IMG/VR virus record: IMGVR_UViG_3300033141_003953
Location: 1-12,179 of that record
Reading direction: 5' to 3' (one strand)
From: a virus
Length of the DNA: 12,179 nt
The position numbers and the translations under genes were made by a program. The notes below the pieces were generated by a model. It made no database searches and was not told the DNA's origin. It worked only from the letters and a program-made list of their open reading frames with translations. How positions within the stretch are numbered: position 1 is the stretch's first letter; every line of letters begins with the position of its first letter. Positions 1 to 7,496 of the stretch are shown here, piece after piece.

Positions 1-114
1 TCATATTAATTTTTCTCCTGCATCTTTCTCAAGATTAGCTTTTAATAACACTAACCCTCTTTTCCAATCTTCTCCCTTTGCATGTTTTTGTTCTTGCTCT
101 AAATCTATAATTCT
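1..114. repeat. Left copy of exact 114-bp terminal direct repeat
   Basis: Bases 1-114 are identical base for base to 12066-12179 (checked by hand). The repeat lies inside the 3' part of the CDS at 1-225, which suggests a circular-assembly overlap or terminal redundancy rather than a dedicated non-coding terminus. Confidence 0.95.
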
Positions 115-225
115 CCTCTTAATAAATTCTTTTACATCTGTCATTAAAAAAATACCATTATCTAATTTTCCATGAGTATAAATGGGTCTGCTCATTCTCT
201 CACTCAAATTAAATTCTTTTTTCAT
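1..225 (-). CDS. Hypothetical protein, 74 aa
   Basis: ORF with ATG at 225 and TGA at 3-1. It starts 1 nt after the stop of the upstream gene (227), which implies coupled translation. No motif recognised. Confidence 0.55.
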   Translation of the reverse strand: MKKEFNLSERMSRPIYTHGKLDNGIFLMTDVKEFIKRRIIDLEQEQKHAKGEDWKRGLVLLKANLEKDAGEKLI

Positions 226-226
226 T

Positions 227-451
227 TTATTTTTTCTCTTCCAGCCATTTAGCTAATCTTTCAAAATAAGAAGCTGCGCTTTCATCTCTTTCAGCTTTAA
301 ATATTCTCTTAATTTTTCTAAAATCTTTAAGATACATTCTAATAACTATTGTCCCTTTACTTATACTTCCCCTGCTTGCTTGTTTAATGCCTTTATTCAT
401 GTTATAACTACGTATAACACCTTTATAAATGTTTCGTTTTTTAACAATCAC
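227..451 (-). CDS. Small basic protein, possible ribbon-helix-helix DNA binder, 74 aa
   Basis: Overlaps the upstream gene by 11 nt. A short beta-like strand (TIVIRMYL) is followed by two helices (KDFRKIKRIFKAE, SAASYFERLAKWLEE), a layout resembling Arc/CopG-type RHH proteins. The function is inference only. Confidence 0.5.
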   Translation of the reverse strand: MIVKKRNIYKGVIRSYNMNKGIKQASRGSISKGTIVIRMYLKDFRKIKRIFKAERDESAASYFERLAKWLEEKK

Positions 452-674
452 TATCAGGTAATAAACCTTTTCTGCCTCTTGTAGCTGGGGATATTAAATA
501 GGTGATATATCTGCAATAATCCCCCTCAACATTATAACATCTTTTTATATGGACATCTGTTGGTCTTAAAGTTACTCGGTGTTTTATACAATATACTGTA
601 TTTCCTTCTGCTTGTTCTACAAGATAGTTCCTTCTTCTTCTTATTCTTTTGATTTGTTTTTTTGTTTTTTTCAT
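441..674 (-). CDS. Very basic Cys/His protein, possible zinc-knuckle nucleic-acid binder, 77 aa
   Basis: The ORF track gives 441..746, but that start overlaps the fibre gene by 65 nt. The ATG at 674 lies 7 nt after the fibre stop (682-684) and gives MKKTKKQIKRIRRRR.... It contains C-x2-H-x9-H-x3-C (CIKH...HIKRC) plus one more Cys. Confidence 0.5.
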   Translation of the reverse strand: MKKTKKQIKRIRRRRNYLVEQAEGNTVYCIKHRVTLRPTDVHIKRCYNVEGDYCRYITYLISPATRGRKGLLPDSDC

Positions 675-681
675 TTTAATT

Positions 682-2229
682 TTAATGGAAGGCAGCCCAA
701 GTTGCTGGGCTTCCCCCTGAAGTGCAACCATAAAATTTATTATCAACTATGTTATATACAATTTCCCCTTCTGTTCCGTCAGTGTTGTTCATTCCTGCGT
801 CTGATACCTGTCTCGGTTTGAATCGTCCTGTGCAGGTGATAGTTTCTGTTGAAGAATTACATAAACTAACGTTTCCGTTTGCAGTAAAATCACCAGCAAG
901 AGTTAAACCTCCTGTTGAAGTGAAGTCTGTCCCTGCATTACCTATGTTTTTAATTCTGTAATTGTTCATATCTAAAGGTCTCCTAAAATCTATATCTCCC
1001 CCTGATTTTCTTGATATTAAAATAGGTGTGTCTATATGTGTTCCATTATCATTTTTTGCAAAAAGCCCAAAATTAGAACCTGCATCGCTTCCGCTTTCTG
1101 CACTATTATTTGCTCCCATTTCCCACCTTAAACTATCGTCTGTTGTCCAGCTTATAACTCTAAAAGTTCCAGCTTCATTTTTTAGTATGAATTTCCCGCC
1201 GTTTGTTGTTAAATCTCCTGTTGTTGTGTCACTTGCATCATTTTTTAAATAATCTGAATGTGCCTGATTATTGTTTGCAAGATGATTATCTATTTCCTGA
1301 TGTGTGTTTGTTCCTATGTTTTGAATTGCTGTATGGTCTATGTCTGTTGTTAAGTTATGAGTATTTGACAGAGAATTGTGATTTATCTCGCTGTCATTTG
1401 TTGAGATATTTGCTCCTGCTATTGTTATTCCTGTTCCTTCTGTTAATTCCTGCTGAAATCCTGTATGTCCTGCACTTGCATAATCTAAATTTGCTAAACT
1501 ATCATGCTGTCTTTGAAATGAAACTCCTCTGACTTCCACCCTTGTTCCTGTTGTTCCTTCCATATAAATATCTATGTTGGTAGCTACTGGGTGAGAATTG
1601 TTTGCATAAACCTTTACAACAATTCTGTCCCCACTGCTTAAAGGATATTCTTCGCTTACTGTAAGGTGGAAATTATGTTCTTCTTCTGTATTTCCTATAA
1701 AATCTGTTAATTCTGTTGTTCCTATTAATGTCTCACTTCCCCCATTATCTCTTACATAGAATTCTCCATAAAATTTTAATCTTCCTGCACTCCCAGCTTT
1801 TAGATGCGCGTGCATTTCATAAACTCCCCTTGTTAAAATTCTTATTAATGCATAAGCGTTATATGAACTTTCTGTTATAAATGAGCCTATTAGATAATTG
1901 TTTGTATTTCCCGGAACTGAATCACTTACAGTTTCTTTTGCTGTTCCATCAATATCTGGCTTCATTGTATAATAGCCTTCAATATCAGAATTTTCTTTAT
2001 ATCCAAATAAATCTATTCCTGTATTTACACTGACATTATCAACATATTCTTTATTTACAATATCCTTTGCACCAGAAATAGTTTGAGTTGTTCCCTGTTG
2101 CATATTTAAGGATTTGACAATATTGTAATCATCCATATTGTCAAAATTTCCTGCTCCTTCTGGTCTATGAAACTTATTTTTTTTGAAGCTTACACCTCTA
2201 AACATTGTCTTATATGGATTCTTTGCCAT
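682..2229 (-). CDS. Fibre / receptor-binding protein, 515 aa
   Basis: Largest ORF. It is Asn/Thr/Gly/Ser-rich and beta-rich. Residues ~240-330 carry repeated His-containing motifs of the kind common in phage tail fibres (HDSLANLDYASAGHTGF, HNSLSNTHNLTTDIDHTAIQNIGTNTHQEIDNHLANNNQAHSDYL). It has its own upstream intergenic region with a TATA-like box. Confidence 0.7.
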   Translation of the reverse strand: MAKNPYKTMFRGVSFKKNKFHRPEGAGNFDNMDDYNIVKSLNMQQGTTQTISGAKDIVNKEYVDNVSVNTGIDLFGYKENSDIEGYYTMKPDIDGTAKETVSDSVPGNTNNYLIGSFITESSYNAYALIRILTRGVYEMHAHLKAGSAGRLKFYGEFYVRDNGGSETLIGTTELTDFIGNTEEEHNFHLTVSEEYPLSSGDRIVVKVYANNSHPVATNIDIYMEGTTGTRVEVRGVSFQRQHDSLANLDYASAGHTGFQQELTEGTGITIAGANISTNDSEINHNSLSNTHNLTTDIDHTAIQNIGTNTHQEIDNHLANNNQAHSDYLKNDASDTTTGDLTTNGGKFILKNEAGTFRVISWTTDDSLRWEMGANNSAESGSDAGSNFGLFAKNDNGTHIDTPILISRKSGGDIDFRRPLDMNNYRIKNIGNAGTDFTSTGGLTLAGDFTANGNVSLCNSSTETITCTGRFKPRQVSDAGMNNTDGTEGEIVYNIVDNKFYGCTSGGSPATWAAFH

Positions 2230-2249
2230 AATAATAAATATATCTAATC

Positions 2250-2257
2250 TTTATAAA
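2250..2257 (-). promoter_or_regulatory. TATA-like octamer TTTATAAA, 20 nt upstream of the fibre ATG
   Basis: Lies in the 85-nt intergenic gap 2230-2314. The same octamer at almost the same spacing precedes the terminase gene. No Shine-Dalgarno lies between the box and the ATG. Confidence 0.35.
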
Positions 2258-2314
2258 TATTTGCAGACCCCTATAACTAAGCCCAATAAATTCAGAGATT
2301 AATTGTTATCAGAA

Positions 2315-2485
2315 TTACGCAGATGTCACAGTTTCAAATGCTGTTCCATTATGAAATACAATTTTTCCACCAGATAGAAATATAGCTCCTGAGATTGTCG
2401 GCTGTAATTTATTATTTGCTCCTGAAATAACCTGAGGCAAAATTAACTCACTTGGAGCGCATACATCACCAATAAGCTCCACCAT
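2315..2485 (-). CDS. Hypothetical small protein, 56 aa (MVELIGDVCAPSELILPQVISGANNKLQ...)
   Basis: Hand-translated ORF below the track cutoff. Its ATG overlaps the upstream stop (TAAATG), and GGGGGA lies ~8 nt upstream as a possible RBS. Confidence 0.5.
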   Translation of the reverse strand: MVELIGDVCAPSELILPQVISGANNKLQPTISGAIFLSGGKIVFHNGTAFETVTSA

Positions 2486-2659
2486 TTATTTTCCCCCTTT
2501 CTTTTTCTTTACTTCTTCTTTTTCTTTAGAATTCTCTAAAAAATATTCAACATCGTACATCTTGCCTGGGTCTTCTGCAATATCAGCAGGTAGATTTCCA
2601 TTTATATCTCTATGGTCCCACCACTTCTTTCCTCTTTGCATTTTTCCTTTGTGTGACAT
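2486..2659 (-). CDS. Hypothetical small charged protein, 57 aa (MSHKGKMQRGKKWWDHRDING...)
   Basis: Hand-translated ORF below the track cutoff. It starts 1 nt after the capsid gene stop and fills otherwise unexplained space in a gene-dense operon. Confidence 0.5.
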   Translation of the reverse strand: MSHKGKMQRGKKWWDHRDINGNLPADIAEDPGKMYDVEYFLENSKEKEEVKKKKGGK

Positions 2660-2660
2660 T

Positions 2661-3530
2661 TTAACTTTGTGTGTTAGTTATTACATAGATAGCTTTTGGG
2701 TCTGTAACTTGTAGATGACCTATTTCCCAGCTTCTAATTGTGAATTTAATTCCTTTATCTTCAATAACTGCAGATGTTAATCCTACTACAGATTTCCATG
2801 TTGCAGCTCTTTGTCCTATGATTATCATTGCTTCGTCGTCTTCAACTGAATTAGTTTTAATTATTGTTAATCCACAGATTTGTCCCACCTTTCCATTAGA
2901 AACAACATCAGCAGTTTTAAAACTTGGATTATTAATTACTTTAGAGTTCATCATTAGATTCCTGTAATCTTTTGGTGATAATAATAAATAACCATTTTCT
3001 TGCGCGTCGTAATTATGTTCATCCATCGCTTGTATTCCAGTTAAAATATCTCTTATTGGGTCTCTATCTGCTACTGTTGCGCTGTCCCATGTTGCAACTG
3101 CAGCTGCAGTTTGTATTCCTGTAGCTCCTGATAATCCTGAATAAATTTGGTCATCTACAGCTTTTGCAATCGCTCTTGCTACTCTTAAAATTGTTCTTGC
3201 CTGAACATCAATAGCATCTGTCAATCTGTCTTCCATAAAGACATGACCTTCTGCTGCATATTTTTCATTTCTTGCAGAATGTTTTGTCCAGCTTGGGTCT
3301 ACATGAGGGAATGCTGCGCCTCTTGGGACTCCTTTAATGTTTAACTGGTCTTTTGCTGTTAAGTCTTCTGGATTTTCCCTATAATATGTTTCTTCCCATG
3401 AACTTGAACTTTGAAGTAATAGAACTTGTTTTAGTTTATATTGCTGTAACGCAAACCCTTTTACAGCTTTTGAAACATTCTCAGCTCTGAGTTCATAATC
3501 GCCCATATTTAAATTTGTTCCTGCTCCCAT
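2661..3530 (-). CDS. Major capsid protein, HK97-fold-like, 289 aa
   Basis: Its position directly after the decoration-like gene (1-nt gap) and its size are typical. A long amphipathic helix, TDAIDVQARTILRVARAIAKAVDDQIYSGL, resembles the HK97 spine helix, and the C-terminal half is beta-rich. No N-terminal delta domain is present, consistent with a separate scaffold gene. Confidence 0.75.
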   Translation of the reverse strand: MGAGTNLNMGDYELRAENVSKAVKGFALQQYKLKQVLLLQSSSSWEETYYRENPEDLTAKDQLNIKGVPRGAAFPHVDPSWTKHSARNEKYAAEGHVFMEDRLTDAIDVQARTILRVARAIAKAVDDQIYSGLSGATGIQTAAAVATWDSATVADRDPIRDILTGIQAMDEHNYDAQENGYLLLSPKDYRNLMMNSKVINNPSFKTADVVSNGKVGQICGLTIIKTNSVEDDEAMIIIGQRAATWKSVVGLTSAVIEDKGIKFTIRSWEIGHLQVTDPKAIYVITNTQS

Positions 3531-3531
3531 T

Positions 3532-3957
3532 TTAACCTAATAATAATTGAACATTTATAACTTCATCTGCAGAACCGTCTTCTAATGCTCTGCCAAATAT
3601 TGCGCCTCCGCTTGCTGTTGGAATGTCTGGTATTGGCGCAACTGTATTTGCTCCACTAATCATTACAAAATCTCCTGCATTTACAGCATTTGTGCATTTT
3701 ATATCAAATATTCCTGTAGTGTAGCATGATATTGTTGTAGAACCATCGTTTGCTTCTTTATCAAAACACGCAACTCCTGCTCCCCTATTGACTATTGCTG
3801 CTCCCGGCGAACTATCGCTTGAATTTATTGCTGTTCTTGGGTCTTGCAATAATAATAAATTGCCCCCTGAGATATGTGTTCCGTCTGCAACAGTGTAAGT
3901 TATAGGGTTTCCACCGTCGGGACCCAAATCAACTGTATATGCTCCTGATAATACCAT
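3532..3957 (-). CDS. DUF2190-like head decoration / capsid cement protein, 141 aa
   Basis: Gly/Ala-rich beta protein immediately upstream of the capsid gene. The layout ...GAGVACFDKEANDGSTTISCYTTGIFDIK...AGDFVMISGANTV...IFGRALEDGSADEVINVQLL matches my recollection of the DUF2190 family consensus (GVA...GvF...Gd.V...iG.Ale...V.V.L). Confidence 0.6.
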   Translation of the reverse strand: MVLSGAYTVDLGPDGGNPITYTVADGTHISGGNLLLLQDPRTAINSSDSSPGAAIVNRGAGVACFDKEANDGSTTISCYTTGIFDIKCTNAVNAGDFVMISGANTVAPIPDIPTASGGAIFGRALEDGSADEVINVQLLLG

Positions 3958-3978
3958 AGCAAAATTAAAAACTTAAAC

Positions 3979-3986
3979 TATTTAAA
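3979..3986 (-). promoter_or_regulatory. TATA-like octamer TTTAAATA, 21 nt upstream of the decoration-gene ATG
   Basis: Read on the minus strand: AAGATTTAAATA + 21 nt + ATG. It overlaps the stop codon of the upstream gene. There is no Shine-Dalgarno. Confidence 0.35.
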
Positions 3987-4323
3987 TCTTTCGTTTATTT
4001 GGTATGCCAAATTTTTCTCTTAGTTCTCCCACAAAAGGATTAAACCTATTGTTAATTTCTGTTTCTATATCTTGGATTCTATATTTATACCATGCTCTTC
4101 CTAGAAGATAACAACCAATTCCATAAAAAATACCGAGAATGAGGGTTTTTTTCACATCTAAACTACTAATCCCAAATAATGCAATCATATATTTTAGATA
4201 TGATGTTAATCCCCATCCTCTATCAAAATAAGCTTTTGCGACTAAAGGTTTAAAAATCTTTCTTTTATCAATTTCATAACCCTTCTGTTCCATCTGGTAA
4301 ATTTTTATCTTCTTTAATTCCAA
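3982..4323 (-). CDS. Small membrane protein with two predicted TM helices, 113 aa
   Basis: Hydrophobic segments LTSYLKYMIALFGISSL and TLILGIFYGIGCYLLGRAW are followed by a charged C-terminus. The real start may be the internal Met at 4293 (MEQKGYEI...), which would cut the overlap with the upstream ORF from 50 to 20 nt. Confidence 0.6.
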   Translation of the reverse strand: MELKKIKIYQMEQKGYEIDKRKIFKPLVAKAYFDRGWGLTSYLKYMIALFGISSLDVKKTLILGIFYGIGCYLLGRAWYKYRIQDIETEINNRFNPFVGELREKFGIPNKRKI

Positions 4324-4765
4324 TTCCTATTTTTTCGACGTTGTTTAGATATAAAGGCAGTCTTTCTATACTTTCTCCGTCATATTTTGGAATTTTTTTT
4401 ATACCTAAAATTTTTCTTAAAATAGTTATGTATTTTTGATGTTTTTTATGTTGTGTTTTTCCTTGATTATTTTCCAATATTGACCTTAACATTAAGTCTT
4501 TATATTCTTTTGGAAAAACAATCTCCCACAGCTGAATTGGTCTGACTGCAACCTGAACCATAGTGTTCTCTCCTCTAAACTTAAACGGCAAATACTTTCC
4601 TCTAAGGTCATTAATAAACCTATCTACGTCGTGTTTTATTCCTCTTGTTATTAGATATAAGTGCATATTAGATGAACAACGGATTTTCTTGCGCATTCTA
4701 AAATCGCATCTTTTGTAAAATTTATATTTACTGATGCGTATTTTGTTCCGGTGGTGATAACCCAA
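4274..4765 (-). CDS. Hypothetical protein, 163 aa as drawn (start uncertain)
   Basis: As drawn, the long ORF overlaps 4651..4866 by 115 nt. Internal starts at 4696 (MRKKIR) or 4666 (MHLYLITRGIKHDV..., 130 aa) are more plausible. No motif recognised. Confidence 0.55.
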   Translation of the reverse strand: MGYHHRNKIRISKYKFYKRCDFRMRKKIRCSSNMHLYLITRGIKHDVDRFINDLRGKYLPFKFRGENTMVQVAVRPIQLWEIVFPKEYKDLMLRSILENNQGKTQHKKHQKYITILRKILGIKKIPKYDGESIERLPLYLNNVEKIGIGIKEDKNLPDGTEGL

Positions 4766-4866
4766 TTAACACCATAGGCAACCCCTAAAATGTATCCAAT
4801 TAAGAACGCAATAATATAACTTGCTATTTTTTCGATTCTTTTTCGGAATTTTCCTCTGCCGGACAT
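4651..4866 (-). CDS. Small membrane protein with one TM helix, 71 aa
   Basis: Basic N-terminus (MSGRGKFRKRIEK) followed by the hydrophobic helix IASYIIAFLIGYILGVAYGVNWVI. Confidence 0.5.
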   Translation of the reverse strand: MSGRGKFRKRIEKIASYIIAFLIGYILGVAYGVNWVITTGTKYASVNINFTKDAILECARKSVVHLICTYI

Positions 4867-4994
4867 TTTTCTAATGCTTGTTTAAATGATTTAAGAACAA
4901 TTTTATGTATTTCTATCCCTTTCTCCATTTTTTTTATTGTTTCCTCTGACGCTTTTATTTCTATTTCTATATCTTTTTTAGATAAAACCATCAT
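4824..4994 (-). CDS. Possible small charged helical protein, 56 aa (MMVLSKKDIEIEIKASEETIKKMEKG...)
   Basis: Hand-translated ORF that fills the 111-nt gap between 4978..5295 and 4651..4866. It overlaps the former by 17 nt and the latter by 43 nt, and ends TCG AAA AAA TAG. Confidence 0.3.
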   Translation of the reverse strand: MMVLSKKDIEIEIKASEETIKKMEKGIEIHKIVLKSFKQALEKCPAEENSEKESKK

Positions 4995-5295
4995 CTTTAA
5001 GTGGATTTGCTTCTCCTGTCATCACTTTTTTTGCATATTCTACATCACTTATAGGTTCTGGTTTTGGAGGTGTTTGTCCTGCTTCACTTTCTCCACCTAA
5101 ACTTTTCCTTGCTAAAATTTCTTCTTCTCTTTTAATTAATTCTTCTTTTTTTGTGTTTGCTTCTTCCAGCCTTTCAGCTGCTTCGTTTGCTCGTCTAATA
5201 ACCTCAATCTCTTCTGGCTTATTCCCATTATCATTTGATTCATCTGCATTCTTTTGTTTTTTTTCTTTCTGTTCTTTTTGCTCATTCATTTCCAT
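4978..5295 (-). CDS. Acidic coiled-coil protein, putative capsid scaffolding protein, 105 aa
   Basis: Extremely Glu/Lys-rich helical sequence (EEIEVIRRANEAAERLEEANTKKEELIKREEEILARK) in the head module. It is preceded by a strong Shine-Dalgarno. The functional call is inference from composition and position. Confidence 0.5.
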   Translation of the reverse strand: MEMNEQKEQKEKKQKNADESNDNGNKPEEIEVIRRANEAAERLEEANTKKEELIKREEEILARKSLGGESEAGQTPPKPEPISDVEYAKKVMTGEANPLKDDGFI

Positions 5296-5303
5296 TATGT
5301 TCT

Positions 5304-5311
5304 ACCTCCTT
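5304..5311 (-). promoter_or_regulatory. Shine-Dalgarno AAGGAGGT, 8 nt before the ATG at 5295
   Basis: Occupies the 16-nt gap after the stop at 5312-5314. The extended 12-mer TGAAAGGAGGTA is identical to the one before the OB-fold gene. Confidence 0.6.
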
Positions 5312-6223
5312 TCACATTCTTTCGAGAATTTGCTTCTCCATTTCTATATTTCTTAATACTGAGTTTCCTGTAGTTTCCATTAAAAACCATAAAGGATATA
5401 ATAAAGGATTTGAAATTGTCGCAGCTCTCAGTGTCCATCTTGCTGCATTTACATCTGAAACCGCAGAGTCTAATTCTGCTAATGCTTCTCCTTGTGATAT
5501 ATTTCCAAACCTTACTTGTGAGGAAATATCTCTCGTATTCATGCTTGCCAGTGTTAATAAATTGTCTCCTGCAAACCATGCTGTTAATATTGTTCCTGTT
5601 TGATGAGCTGCTAATAATGCTTTATGTGATTTTGCAAATGCGAAGCCTGCTTTTAATGCAGATTTTAATCCAAACCTGTTCATATTGCTTACTGTTGCCT
5701 GTGCTTTGATTAATGTTCCTTTTCCCACTTGTGTTCCCATAAATCTTACTCCTGCGGCTTTACCTGCTCCACCTAATAATCTTCCTGCTAATAATGTTCC
5801 TCCTGCAACTGCCCCTGCAAAAGCTGCTGTTCCTAAAACATCTCCTGCTGTTATTCTTCCGCCCCACCATGCTCTTGCCTGCTCTCTTTGCTCTGGAGTT
5901 CCTACACCTGCAGCGCTTAATCCCTTTACTGCTAATTTTCCACCTAATTTAAATGCTGAACTTACTAATGGTATTTTTTTGCCGATTTCTCCGACTTTTT
6001 CAATAAACCCTGTTTTCTTTTCTGCCGGTTTTTTTAAAGGCTTTTCTTCTTTTTTTTCTACTTTTTCTAAAAGACCCCCTCTTGCTAATGCCTCAGTCCT
6101 TCTTTTTGTTTTAATTTTTTTTAATTCTTTTTCCAAATTTTGTCTTTTAAGAGGCTTAGAGCCAAGTTTTTCCTTTACTTCTTCAAATCTTTTTTTTCGT
6201 TTTCCAAAAAGCCATAATGCCAT
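5312..6223 (-). CDS. Hypothetical protein, 303 aa: Lys-rich N-terminus, Gly/Ala-rich hydrophobic core
   Basis: Long ORF between portal and scaffold. The first ~80 residues are highly basic/charged. The core includes GTAAFAGAVAGGTLLAGRLLGGAGKAAG. No catalytic motif recognised. Confidence 0.65.
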   Translation of the reverse strand: MALWLFGKRKKRFEEVKEKLGSKPLKRQNLEKELKKIKTKRRTEALARGGLLEKVEKKEEKPLKKPAEKKTGFIEKVGEIGKKIPLVSSAFKLGGKLAVKGLSAAGVGTPEQREQARAWWGGRITAGDVLGTAAFAGAVAGGTLLAGRLLGGAGKAAGVRFMGTQVGKGTLIKAQATVSNMNRFGLKSALKAGFAFAKSHKALLAAHQTGTILTAWFAGDNLLTLASMNTRDISSQVRFGNISQGEALAELDSAVSDVNAARWTLRAATISNPLLYPLWFLMETTGNSVLRNIEMEKQILERM

Positions 6224-6231
6224 TTTTTATT

Positions 6232-6399
6232 TTATTTTATCTTCGGTGTTGGAATTGTTATGCCTATTGCTCCTGCAATAACAGCTATAACAGTTGTCAG
6301 TATAATACCATCTATTCCTTTAGATAATGCGAACATTTCTAAAGCTGTTATGCAAAATATTCCAGTGCATACAATCCTCCAATCTATTTTTTTCTTCAT
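6232..6399 (-). CDS. Small membrane protein, 55 aa (MKKKIDWRIVCTGIFCITALEMFALSKGIDGIILTTVIAVIAGAIGITIPTPKIK)
   Basis: Hand-translated ORF below the track cutoff. It starts 2 nt after the portal stop (6402-6404) and has two hydrophobic segments. Confidence 0.55.
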   Translation of the reverse strand: MKKKIDWRIVCTGIFCITALEMFALSKGIDGIILTTVIAVIAGAIGITIPTPKIK

Positions 6400-6401
6400 C
6401 A

Positions 6402-7496
6402 TTATTGTCCGCTTCCTGCGGTGGTTTCGTTTGGTTGAATATTAATTGGTTCATCCTTTGCTTTATCTGATAATAAATCGTTTTCTAAACTTGCTGGAAA
6501 TTCAAGCTCAATTTTTAATCCTAATTGCTCCCAGACCTGCTCTTCAACAAATAACTGCTCTTCTTCTATTGTCTGCTGAAATGCTAAATATGCAATTTTT
6601 GCTGTTGCTTCTGTAAATTCTGATGAACTTCCTACTATGATTTGAGGCACTCCTGTCGCCTGAAAGAAATAATTTTTTAATGCTTCAATCCATGGCAGAG
6701 GGTTTAAAGTTGCATTTGTCGGCACAGAAAGTAATTCATGCTCTACTGTCCCTTTTGGGACAAAAATATTCTCTGCGTTTTCTACTGCTTTGTCTGCTTT
6801 TGTTTTAAATGCTGCTATTTCTGCAGTATCGTCGGTATCTAAATGCCAGACAATTCTTGGCACGACATTTCTATGCATTAATTTTTTCATATCAGACATC
6901 GCTTCATTTCTCATTAAAATTATTGTTTCTAATGCTTCAATCATAGATTGCCCATGAATTTCATCTGCCACTCTGTTTCTTGCTAAGTGGAATATATTCT
7001 CTGGATTAAATTTTTTGTTTGGAGATTTTACTTTTGATTTTTGTTCATATCTTTTTATTCTTCCTTGCCTATCTACTACGATTATTATTACTCCGGGGTC
7101 TAATGGTTTAAGATTTAATATGTCCCCCTCATCATTTCTGATTATTTCACAAAAAGCGTCTCCGCCTATATTGTAGGTTCTTATCATATTTTCTATGATT
7201 GTGTTAAATGTATCTTTTCCCCAGCCTGTTATGAAATTTAGGGTTGCTTCTGTTTCTGAGTCTGCTTTAAATCCTTTTCCTACTGTCCATGTTGCTTTTG
7301 CGTCAATAACAGCCTTTAATTCTGGGATTGTTCTGTAATATCCTAAATATTTAGTCCAGTTTGTATTTTCCCATGTTGTTTCATCCTGCTCTGCTGGTCC
7401 ATCTGTTGTTGATACATCTACAGAAAAGTCGCTGACTACTCCTGACATATTTCCGTAGTCTGCTGAACTTATTTTTGTTTCGGGCATTTTAAACAT
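6402..7496 (-). CDS. Portal protein, 364 aa
   Basis: Size, position near the terminase, and sequence blocks resemble HK97-family portals as I recall them (NIGGDAFCEIIRNDEGDILNLKPLDP, FHLARNRVADEIHGQSMIEAL, ATGVPQIIVG...EATAKIAYLAFQQTIEEEQ). The start overlaps the upstream gene by 8 nt. Confidence 0.75.
   Translation of the reverse strand: MFKMPETKISSADYGNMSGVVSDFSVDVSTTDGPAEQDETTWENTNWTKYLGYYRTIPELKAVIDAKATWTVGKGFKADSETEATLNFITGWGKDTFNTIIENMIRTYNIGGDAFCEIIRNDEGDILNLKPLDPGVIIIVVDRQGRIKRYEQKSKVKSPNKKFNPENIFHLARNRVADEIHGQSMIEALETIILMRNEAMSDMKKLMHRNVVPRIVWHLDTDDTAEIAAFKTKADKAVENAENIFVPKGTVEHELLSVPTNATLNPLPWIEALKNYFFQATGVPQIIVGSSSEFTEATAKIAYLAFQQTIEEEQLFVEEQVWEQLGLKIELEFPASLENDLLSDKAKDEPINIQPNETTAGSGQ

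Noticed and set aside
682-2229. Diversity-generating retroelement targeting the fibre C-terminus
   Set aside because: There is no reverse transcriptase ORF, and I found no template-repeat copy of the fibre 3' region elsewhere in the window.
5295-5579. 94-aa minus-strand ORF in an alternative frame of the 303-aa gene
   Set aside because: It is entirely nested in the 3' end of 5312..6223, has an implausible Cys/Arg/Lys-rich sequence, and has no independent start signal.
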